A stretch of 64,000 nt of DNA from Antedon mediterranea (taxonomy: Eukaryota; Animalia; Echinodermata): positions 22,492,795 to 22,556,794 of the forward strand of contig NC_092670.1 in NCBI RefSeq assembly GCF_964355755.1, read 5' to 3'. The position numbers and the translations under genes were made by a program. Of this stretch, positions 13,501 to 24,500 are shown in pieces; position 1 is the first letter of the stretch; each line of letters starts with the position of its first letter. The notes under the pieces were generated by a model. The model was not told where the DNA came from. It saw only the letters and a program-made list of their open reading frames with translations, and did not search any database.

Positions 13501-15457
13501 CAAATGAGGATGAACTTAAAAAGAGCTTTACAAGGCAAAGTTAGCAAGATGATTCAAAGTGAGGCTATTCTCGATTATGATGATATGATATTCTTTGAGG
13601 AGTTTATTGGAAATGGAGACACAGATTTATCTGGTCAACCTTTAGTAAGTATAAAGGAGTTCGCACTAAAATCATGTTGATTGAGAATAGAATGTTACAA
13701 TTTGTCCTTTCTTCACTATTAGAATCATTTAGTTAGTCTAATCTACAAATAGTATACATTTTTTGTAATCAACAGGGCACAAATACTTGTTACATGATAA
13801 ATATCCTTATGTGATAAATATCCTTATATCATTAAAATATAATTAAAAGAGGGGGTTTCCTTAATATATAGCGCATGGTTGAGAATGTAATGTTACAATT
13901 TGTCCTTTTTCCATTAAAGAATCATTCTCATAATGGCAGACAGATAAAGAGTACTCCTCTTTAAAGAAACTTAGCAGAGGAATGTTGGGTTACCTTTACC
14001 TACGGGACTTAATACTCCCTTTAAAGCCAATAAAAGTCTTTTTTCTTTTAAAGAAACGTGGAGAGGATCGTTTGTTTTCAACTTCAATGGTTATAAACTT
14101 CTACATTGCTACTTGGACAACACAGAATAAGGCAACAGGCAAACTTGACTGGGCAGAGGGTAAGTTGACAGCTTGCACTTGTTCCACCACTGTCTGGTTA
14201 AAAACCGATTCCAAATGCTTTACACACCCCTTCTTGCTTGACTGCACTGCTCATTGAGATAAAGTACTGTAACAGTAGTCCAGGTAAAAGATGTTTAACA
14301 CCTATTACAGCATCCCTCTTCTTCTGCACTGCCTTTCAGGCAGTATAAGTTGGTATGCACAGTTTTCTAGCTATTGGTTATCTTTGACTGAAGAGCTTAG
14401 AACAACACATCACCAATTCATATGATTAATACCTAAGAGAAAATATCAACAGAAACACTGTTTAAAACTAAAAGCATTAAATGAAATAAAAGTTACACAG
14501 GAGTATATAGGTCTGTATACTGCATTTGGTGCAACCTGGAAGTCATTTATGCCAACAAATAAAATGAAACAGTAGTTTATTTTCAACAGAAACACCAGAT
14601 TACGTCACGAGACTTGTTGACGGTGCAGTTGAAGGATTAAATAGGTTTATCCTAAAGAATACCTACAAAACATATGGTGCATTTTTTTCTGGCTCAGTCA
14701 AAGGAAATGGGGTAGGTAGTGAAGTCTCCCTGATCTATCTATTTATCCATTTTTATTTTACTTTATCTTTTACAGACTATTCCATTTTTATTTTATCTTT
14801 TACAGACTATTCCATTTTATTAATCTTTTACAGACTATTCCATTTTATTAATCTTTTACAGACTATTCCATTTTATTAATCTTTTACAAACTATTCCATT
14901 TTATTAATCTTTTACAGACTATTCCATTTTATTATTCTTTTACAGACTATTCCATTTTTATTTTATCTTTTACAGACTATTCCATTTTATTAATCTTTTA
15001 CAGACTATTCCATTTTATTAATCTTTTACAGACTATTCCATTTTATTAATCTTTTACAGACTATTCCATTTTATTAATCTTTTACAGACTATTCCATTTT
15101 ATTATTCTTTTACAGACTATTCCATTTTTATTTTATCTTTTACAAACTATTTACTTTTTATTTTATCTTTTACAGACTATTCCATATTATTATCCAGCCA
15201 ATCACATTGAATCATTAAACGGAACAATTTTGCCGAAAAACACAACTATAAATTACAACATGTTTGTAGCAGTATCTGGCGTTATTGATGAAGATGAATA
15301 CAATGAGCTTTTGACACAGCCTCATTTTGGTAAGATGACGCCTACTAACTTTACTGGATATAACGACAAAGAAGCTTTCTTCCCTTTTTGGTCATCCGAT
15401 GCTTACACATATGCCAATAGCTTATTAGCACTGGCACAATTTCTAAATCTAAACTAA
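10548..15457 (+). CDS. Uncharacterised secreted protein (~637 aa); putative class II terpene cyclase-like (alpha/alpha-barrel) domain
   Basis: Signal peptide MKIPLVFVLISFSIELVAVYG; exons 10548-10991, 11440-11603, 11839-12133, 12559-12726, 13312-13644, 14054-14159, 14590-14711, 15176-15457 sum to 1914 nt with consistent phases; exons conserved in the paralog. Confidence refers to the gene structure; the function is inference. Confidence 0.85.
12190..12460 (-). mobile_element. RTE-clade LINE 3' fragment
   Basis: Minus strand reads GRIHDGRWTQLTTK*QPFLGKRKRGRPHSRW, the typical RTE C-terminal RW...GKR.RGRP..RW motif; absent from the paralogous intron. Confidence 0.65.
13124..13277. mobile_element. 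MITE (Tourist/PIF-Harbinger-like)
   Basis: TIR agctctgtcta..act / gatagtgtaaacagagct, flanked by TTA/TCA; family members at ~19050, ~22995, ~56331 and ~57071. Confidence 0.75.
14748..15186 (+). repeat. 28/30-bp minisatellite built from the exon-8 splice acceptor (15 units, 170-bp higher-order repeat)
   Basis: Unit actattccattttattaatcttttacag; CAG ends at 14775, 14805, 14833, 14861, 14917, 14945, 14975, 15003, 15031, 15059, 15087, 15115, 15175 (CAA at 14889 and 15145). Confidence 0.95.
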
Positions 15458-15622
15458 TAAAACTTAATTCAAATAAAATAACAGTAAAAAAATGTATGCC
15501 TTAATTATTCGTATGAGATCTGTGATCGCATTCTGAAGAGTTTACCGTACTTACTTCCGGGACATCACACCTTCGTACTGTGTTTTTTTCTGTGATTAGT
15601 GTTGTGTATATAATTTAAAAAT

Positions 15623-16078
15623 AAGGATTAAATAGGTTTATCCTAAAGAATACCTACAAAACATATGGTGCATTTTTTTCTGGCTCAGTCAAAGGAAATG
15701 GGGTAGGTAGTGAAGTCTCCCTGATCTATCTATTTATCCATTTTTATTTTACTTTATCTTTTACAGACTATTCCATTTTTATTTTATCTTTTACAGACTA
15801 TTCCATTTTATTAATCTTTTACAGACTATTCCATTTTATTAATCTTTTACAGACTATTCCATTTTATTATTTATTCCAATAGCTTATTAGCACTGGCACA
15901 ATTTCTAAATCTAAACTAATAAAACTTAATTCAAATAAAATAACAGTAAAAAAATGTATGCCTTAATTATTCGTATGAGATCTGTGATCGCATTCTGAAG
16001 AGTTTACCGTACTTACTTCCGGGACATCACACCTTCGTACTGTGTTTTTTTCTGTGATTAGTGTTGTGTATATAATTT
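15623..16078 (+). repeat. Near-identical local duplicate of 14632-15617 with an internal deletion
   Basis: Copies the exon 7 3' half, donor and four acceptor units, then jumps to ccaatagcttattag...aactaa and the 3' flank. Confidence 0.9.
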
Positions 16079-16263
16079 GACTATATAAAATGAAATTAAA
16101 AATACATTCATGATGGCATGGTGGTGCTGCGCGTAGTGGTGTAGTGTAGCCTCTTGGTCTTTAGTTACCTAGGCCTAAATAATCCACTACTAGGGCCTAG
16201 GTCTAGCCCTAACTACTAGTATTAGGCCTTTGACGCCTAATAAGCTAGGACTATGTATCCAAT

Positions 16264-16722
16264 ATGGCTTTTAAATCAAAAATAAATCTTGATTGTAGTA
16301 CTGAAATCTGTACCGAAACCAGTTGCAGTTCCAAACTAAATACCTCGTAGGGAAATGCAGTTAAAGAGTTTTATGAATGTGTTATTAAAACTGAACCAAA
16401 AATTTCTGAGTGTTCTACTAGTACTAGTACTAGTAGTTGTAGTGAAGTTAAACCAATCAAGAATGTGAATTTAAAAAGAAAGAGAAAAAATAAAAAAAGA
16501 TTAATGAGACAAAATACTGTGAATTCTTTTTTAAAAGACAGAAGGGGACATAAAAACTTATGACATTAACATGAAAGACGCATTCGGTTGGACGGCGTTA
16601 ATGCGGCGTTGGCGCGCACAACAAACTGGACAAATGCAAATTGTAAATTTACTTACAGATGAGATCGGGAAAGGAATTGGGAAATAGAGTACAGGCAGTC
16701 TTGGAATGCTGAACCAAACTAG
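16264..16722 (+). pseudogene. GPANK1: GPANK1 pseudogene (tandem duplicate)
   Basis: Colinear with 8878-9921 from ATGGCTTTT to GAACCAAACTAG, with GAG>TAG near 16348 and large deletions removing much of the ankyrin region and the G-patch. Confidence 0.92.
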
Positions 16723-17768
16723 ATACTGCCTGTTTTGTGTTATATATGAAAATGAGTCGGCTATTTATATTATTGCTTGTAAAAATTGTAACATAAGATG
16801 GACATTAAAAATTAGAGCGCAGGTCTCGGTCACCATATACAACTTTCAAGTAACAAACTTTGACTTAACTTATTTACAGTTGTATACTACAATTCATTTA
16901 TGTTTAATGGCCTCAGTTTAAAACTTAAATTGTTTAAATTCCAAACAAGAATCATAAAGAAATAAGCCTTGTTAATTATTAAAATGCTTAATTTGTATCC
17001 ATAGTTATGAAATGTATCTTATTTCAATTTTAATATTTCAATAAAATATTGAATATATTTTCTATTAATACAATTCTTTTTATTTTTTTGTGATGTGACT
17101 TACTTACAATGATAGTATATGACATCCATGTAACTTGTTCTGGTATACATGAAAAAAACTTATATAAAAAGCAGTGACACAGATTTGGTGACGCGACCAT
17201 AATGATAATGACTAAATGTAAATATAGTAGTACATAAATAGATTAGATTACTATAAAAATAACAATAAAAAATCTAAAGTCCAAATGTAGACATCTCAAA
17301 GCAGTTGGTCAACCAGCACCATGAAGATTCCTTTAGTCTTTGTTTTAATTAGTTTTAGTATAGAATTAGTAGCGGTTTATGGAAAGCCGGAGTTGTCAAC
17401 AGATTCGCCAATTCCTGAAACAATAGACACACTTCAGAAAGCATCATTTCAGGCTCAAGAAGATAGGAATTACACACCTCCGATAACATGGGCGACCTCA
17501 AAGGGTGCTTACCAAAGTGATATACACCTTAACTGACGAGGGTCTCCGTTTTTATCCCTTGCCCGTGATAATCTTACATGCTACGATACAAATTCGTTCT
17601 CATCCATATGGATAACAACAGTGTTGATTAGGCATGCAAGTAGGGGGTGGCACCTCGGCCTAATGATGATCAGATGATGCTGGCGCTGGATGCTATTAGT
17701 GCGTTCCACAACAAGAACAACCCTGCAGGGGATGGTGACATGAATTTCTGGCTACAGGTAAAGACAGT

Positions 17769-17769
17769 A

Positions 17770-17803
<34 letters not shown>
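17769..17803. repeat. (TAT)n microsatellite
   Basis: About 11 TAT units just inside intron 1 of the pseudogene. Confidence 0.9.
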
Positions 17804-17804
<1 letters not shown>

Positions 17805-19049
17805 TGGTTTATTAAAACAAAGACATGGCAGTACAAAACTGAATTACGTCCAGTAACATTAACATAAAAAATATATCAAAAACGAGAATATACAATTACA
17901 AATTTAAAAACTGCGAGTAAAATTATATGTATATGACCAAAGTCACTATATTATGAATTTTAATTACTATGTTCTATATATTGTATATACAAAATCCACA
18001 AAAGATACACATGATAACAATAATTGTACAATGGAACTCCTTGTTTGGGAAACACCTATTCAATGTACAGCCGTTTAAAGGAGACACTTAATTTTCTGTG
18101 AAACTATCAAAGCCAAGGTAGATGAGGCGTTCGCTTTGTCTGAAATTTTCAATTTTCACCACCCACCCCAATTCCCCAGCACAGATTGTCATATTTTATA
18201 TTAATTATATTTAAAGCATCTTCGCCTCGTCTGTTTGTAACCTCTCGCTACGGCCTGTCAAAGGGACACTTTTTTGGTCACAAAGGTGTGCTCCTAATGG
18301 GTGTTCTTGTATTTTTCTATGTTTGTGTGTGTTCTATTTCAGATATACAACAAGACTTCTGACATGTGGATAAGTCACCCTGAGAATGTGTATGAAGGAG
18401 TAGAGTTCATTCACAAATACACGCCTTTCAGACTTCTGGAATCAATCTTTAAATATTTCGACTGGGAAGCGGGACTGGAGATACTAGAAGTGCGGAGTAA
18501 GTTTAGAGTCATGGGAACAAGTTAATAGCCATAATGAGGAGGTTGGTTTTCAAAACAAAGGCGAAAAATCGTCATGAGCTAGTGGGTTCAAATTCCCCCG
18601 CTACTGGCTTTGGGACGGTATAGGCCTTGTACAGTGAATTTTATATGCATGGCGATAGTCAATAAAACAAATCTATTTTTTATGGCCCTAGCTTTTGCAT
18701 AAACACCAATAAATAATCCTGTTATTTATTTATGTTTTTAGTATTTATTTCCCAATATTTACGATCCCGTCTGACTTTGATGACACATACTTAAATGTTG
18801 GAATGGGGGTGATATTGAAGCATTACCAAAAAGAATTTCCAACTCTCTACAACACATGGTCTAAGCAAAACACAAACTATCAAACTGCGTTTCAAGATCT
18901 TAATAAGTTTGCATATCGGCCAATGAGTGAAGAGCTTGATGAGAACGCTATTGATACGAGAACTTTTATCTACGTGGCTTTCTACAAGAAGCAAAGGAGA
19001 ATTCTCAAAGCGTTTCTCTGATAACTACTTGGGTATGACAATCTATTTG

Positions 19050-19180
19050 AAGCTCTGTCTACACTCTCAAACTATTTTGACAAAAAAGTGTGATGTGCCC
19101 AAATATGGTATTGATATGACATCATTATGTCCATATATGGGCACACATCACATAAAGTTTGATAGTGTAGACAGAGGTTT
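19050..19180. mobile_element. MITE (Tourist-like family copy)
   Basis: agctctgtctacact...gatagtgtagacagagg; absent from the equivalent copy-1 intron. Confidence 0.75.
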
Positions 19181-21555
19181 ATGGTACCACCTTATGTTAA
19201 TAGGTTGTTAATAACACTGTCATATTATTAACTGAATTTATTTGTGTTATTAATTATAGCCATATAAAAATGTTTTTTTTGGTTGGTCTATATTGGCTAC
19301 AAGTGGTCCCTGCTTGCTAAAGTATATTTATTTAAACAGGTTCAAAATATTGCAGAGGAGCATTATCCAAGCTATGAAGGCGTCAGTATGCCTTTTCACA
19401 TTAATAATGTGGACACAATGGTAGCAGCTAATTCTATTTATGGTCTGACTTCAGCGGTTTTGTACGACTTGTCAAGTGATAGTAGTTGGTTTGATAATGA
19501 TATCCAGGTATGTTTTTAATTTTATAGCCATAGATGATAACATAAATAAAGTACGAACAACAACAACGAATCAAATGTCAATTTAATCAAATTAAAATAT
19601 TATGTCCAATTATATTTACTGCACTTAATATTATAGGAATGTAATGAATATATATATATATTTTTTTTGTTGACTGACCTTAAGCGTAATATTGTCTTAA
19701 TGTTTTGTGTAAAACTACTCGCAGGCAATTTGCGCAAACACAACCAGCTTGATTGTGTGGCTGATTAATCATAATGTGATTGAAGAACGTCCAGACTTGG
19801 CACTCACATATTATCCGTCACGATACAGTTTCTACTACTATGTTGCACGTACCTTGTTTATCTTGGAAACTAAATACGCAAATGATGGAGAACTTCCATT
19901 TGAAGTACTTGACCAAATGAGGATGAACTTAAAAAGAGCTTGACAAGGCAAAGTTAGCAAGATGATTCAAAGTGAGGCTATTCTCGATTATGATGATATA
20001 ATATTCTTTGAGGAGTTTATTGGAAATGGAGACACAGATTTATCTGGTCAACCTTTAGTAAGTATAAAGGAGTTGCCACTAAAATCATGTTGATTGAGAA
20101 TGGAATTTGTCCTTTCTTCACTATTTATTTAGCTAGTCTAATCTACAAATAGTATACATTTTTTGTAATCAATCAGGCATAAAAACTTTTTTATGTGATA
20201 AATATACTTATATCATTAATATATAGTGTATGCACCTAACATTGAAATTAAAATGCCAGGCATTTTTTTAAAAATACAAGTTAAAATGTGAGTTTTTAAA
20301 ACTGCCTTAAAATTTTCAAATTGAAATTTCCTGACGGATAGAGATTTAACCTCTTTTTAAAAGAAACTTAGCAGAGGGGTGTTAGCCTTTAACTACGAAA
20401 CTGACTACTCTTTAAAGCTAATAAAAGCCAATTCCTTTTTTCTTTTAAAGAAACGTGGAGAGGATCGTTTGTTTTCAACTTCAATGGTTATAAACTTCTA
20501 CATTGCTACTTGGACCACACAGAATAAGGCAACAGGCAAACTTGACTGGGCAGTGGGTAAGTTGACAGCCTGCACTTGCTCCACTGTCTGGTTAAAAATC
20601 GATTCCAAATGCTTTATACACCCCCTCTTGCTTGACTGCACTGCTCACTGGTATAAAGTAAAGTAATCCAATTAGATAAAAGATGTTTACATCATCCATC
20701 TTCTTCTGCACTGCCTTTCTGGCGGAATATGTTAGTATGCACAGTTTTCTAGCTGTTGGTTATCTTTGACTGAAGAGCCTAGAAGTACACGTCACCAATT
20801 CATATGATTAATACCTAGAGAAAATGTCAACAGAAACACTGTTTAAAACTAAAAGCATTAAATGAAATAAAAGTTATACAGGAGTGCATAGGTCTGTATA
20901 CTGCATTTGGTGCAACCTGGAAGTCATTTATGCCCTATAAAATTAAACAGTAGTTTATTTTCAACAGAAACACCAGATTACGTCAAGAAAATTGTTGACG
21001 GTGCAGCTGAAGGATTAAATAGGTTTATCCTGAAGAATACCTATAAAACCTATGGCGAATTTTTTCCGGCTCAATCAAAGGAAATGGGGTAGGTAGTGAA
21101 ATTTGCATGGAAGTATAGATATCACTTTTAAACCTTCCTTATTATCTATCCATCCATTTTATTTTATTTATGTTTTTTATTAAATTTTATCTTTTACAGA
21201 CTATTCCATTTTATTACCCAGCCAATCACATTGAATCATTAAACGGAACAATTTTGCCCAAAAACACAACTATAAATTACGACATGTTTGTAGCAGTATC
21301 TGGCGTTATCGATGAAGATGAATACGATGACCTTTGACACAGCCTCATTTTGGTAAGATGACGCCCACTAACTTTACTGGATATAATGACAAAGAAGCTT
21401 TCTTCCCTTTTTGGTCATCCGATGCTTACACATATGCGAATAGTTTATTAGCACTGGCACAGTTTCTAAATTTAAACTAATAAAATTTGATTCCAGTCAA
21501 GACAATAACAGACAGATTTCTGAAGAGTTTGCCATACTAACCTCATAAAATATCT

Positions 21556-24500
21556 TCAGCTAAAATAGAAGTAATCTTCTCCTTCCACCAGGTTGAGTGA
21601 TTCTATGTTTCTTTCTAATCCTCCACCAGTTAAATCCTAGAGAAAGTATTATAAATAGATATTGATAGATATTGGAGACTTCAAAGTCAGTCTTAGATTA
21701 GATAGTACCAATCAAATTCAGTCTTAGATAGTACCAATCAAAGTCAGTTTTAGAAAGTACCAATCAAAATCGGTCTCAGATAGTACCAATCAAAATCGGT
21801 CTCAGATAGTACTAATCAAAATCATTCATGGGCCGAGTAATGTAAATAAGTCTAGCTTACCAGTTTTACACATATAATGAATGGTGGTGATGCCTCTGAA
21901 AAGTGGAGAATAGGAACCTTTGGTTTGGGCGATTCCTAGATAAATGAAGTAGATAAATAAAGTAATTAATTACGGCATGAAACTAATTTTAATGATTTAA
22001 TATGATTTAATTTCAATTTGGATGAGTGCTAAATTGAGAGAGAGTTGATGGAACAAAACCCACCTCTCCCTGGTGGTACAAATTAATCCATGTTTTCAAT
22101 CAAAGATTTGTTTAGAATGATAAAACATTAACATAATAAAAGTAAAACATATATATATATATATAAAACATATAAGAGAAAATGACATACCTTACACTCT
22201 TCATAGGTGTACACTTTACCAATCTTCTTAGCATCAACGTCACAAAATGCTTTAACCTTTGACCTGTTTCCTGTACTAAGTGACCTGTAGAACCTCCTGC
22301 CTTCCTTCCCAGCATTCCATATTGTAAAATGTTTCCACTGATTTATTATATTTTTTTGTATTGCAGTTATTCTAATGTCCCATATTGTATCTCTACAAAT
22401 TAAAAATTTAAAGAACCTTATTAAAATGTACAATAAATAAATATGAATTACAGTAACTTCATTTTCTTATTATTGACTTTATAATATTAACAAATAAAAA
22501 AATAAATCACCTGTGAACTGAATGTGTAGTGCATTCTGGGTGATATCTATACGTTAATAGATATTCATCAATGCGGCATACTGCGCCACCAAGTCCTAAG
22601 AACTTATGAAAAAACAACAGATCCTCTGGAATGCCCTGAATTAAATATGATAATTAAATAAAAAAATTATATATTCTTTTCATTTTCTATTAATATCTAT
22701 TATACATTCTTTTTAGAGCAATATAATTAAGCTTGCTCAAAACCCTTTTATGCAATACAACATAAGACATTATTTCATAGTTTCTATCTTTTACATGTTT
22801 AATCATGAACATTCAACATAATAATTACCTTTCCTCTTTCATCAAAGCCACCAACTTTATCATAAACTTGTCTTGAGCAGAACCATGTTGGCATTAGTAC
22901 TGTTGGCCCATGTGATGTGAACACCTGACACAGAATTAAGAAAATAAACAACAAACGTTAGTACAGAACCAATTTTTGAAATGAGATTGGTATAAAGCTG
23001 TCTACACTACCAAAGTAGTTTGATAAAGTGTTATGTGGTAGTGATATGATGTCATGTCCATATATGGGCACATCCGTCACATATTTTTGTCACATAAAGT
23101 GTGATAGTGAAGACAGGGCTTTAACAATGAAAACAACAATGTACACTGTCAATAAGAATTATGATAGCTTCCACAATCTTACCTGTGTGAGCAGTTGTTT
23201 TTGGGTCATTCCATTACACCAACGTGTATAGCGAATGGTAGAGTCTTTGGGAATCCGTGTAACTTTGCATCCTATTATCTTCGGGAGAAAGCAAAGGTTA
23301 TCTTGTATTATATGTATTTTTTTTAAACATAAATAATATTGGATTTGTGAGGAATAAGCAAAAAACCTACTGTATTTTGATGTTTCAATGCTGCTTGGTA
23401 TTGTAATTTGATTCTCATAGGGTCCATTATGTCATCCTTAAATAAAAAGAATTACACAATATTTATTAATTATTGTTTATAAAAATTACCCATTTTTTAC
23501 ACATATAATAAATGGTGGTGATGCCTCTGAAAAGTGGAGAATAGGAACCTTTGGTTTGGGCGATTCCTAGATAAATGAAGTAGATAAATAAAGTAATTAA
23601 TTACGGCATGAAACTAATTTTAATGATTTAATATGATTTAATTTCAATTAGGATGAGTGCTAAATTGAGATAGAGTTGATGGAACAAAACCCACCTCTCC
23701 CTGGTGGTACAAATTAATCCATGTTTTCAATCAAGGATATGTTTAGAATGATAAAACATTAACATAATAAAAGTAAAACAAAATATAAGAGAAAATACCC
23801 TTCCCCACATCCCTGGTGTTCTTCCCCACATCCCTGGTGTTCTTCCCCACACCCCTGGTGTTCTTCCCCACACCCCTGGTGTTCTTCCCCACACCCCTGG
23901 TGTCCTTCCCCACATCCCCAGCATTCAAAATCAGTGCCCTTGAGAGGCATGTGTCAACTTACAGCATCCTGAAAACATAAAAATCTCCCACTGCTCTGCC
24001 TTACAGCTTGATTCTTTGCATAACCAACTAAAAATACACGTTATTATAACAATATTATTGAAAATACATAGACATCTGCAGAATAAGTTAAAAAATTCAA
24101 TACCGATTGAGAATAGGGAATATACCAGTTGTGGAAATTACCCCACTTTCTAGCCTGCAGGAAATCATTCATCATTCATATATAAGATATAAGAAAATGT
24201 TATTATCTCAATCCAATAAAAGTATGCGCTTCAATCAAACATACATAAAAATATAGATATATAACAAAATAAAATAAATTAAAAAATCTAAAAATGACGA
24301 CATTCTCAACCTTAGTGAGTTTATATTTTGTTTACAATTTACAACTTGTCTTATACGCTTGAGAATGAGACAATATGGTAGTATCTGAGACAACAATCAA
24401 ATTATTCATTATTGTTGTCACAGATCTGTAATCATCAGGGAAAGGTTAAAAAAACTTCTCTGATTGTATGAAGTTGGTAGTAAATAGGCCTACAGGTCAG

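Larger units (their letters stand above)
17321..21480 (+). pseudogene. Pseudogenised duplicate of the secreted terpene-cyclase-like gene
   Basis: All 8 exons recognisable; TGG>TGA at 17534, frameshift ~17628, exon-2 deletion, 4-nt deletion ~18964, TTA>TGA at 19941, further frameshifts in exons 7 and 8. Confidence 0.92.

Noticed and set aside
14748-15186. 28-30-bp repeats as CRISPR direct repeats
   Set aside because: No spacers; the unit is a duplicated splice acceptor.
17647-17856. Poly-tyrosine protein
   Set aside because: Read-through from a pseudogene exon into a (TAT)n intronic microsatellite.
23727-23950. Repetitive ORFs (GVWGRTP / GVGKNTR / GCGEEHQ) as peptides
   Set aside because: Three-frame translations of a 21-bp intronic minisatellite.
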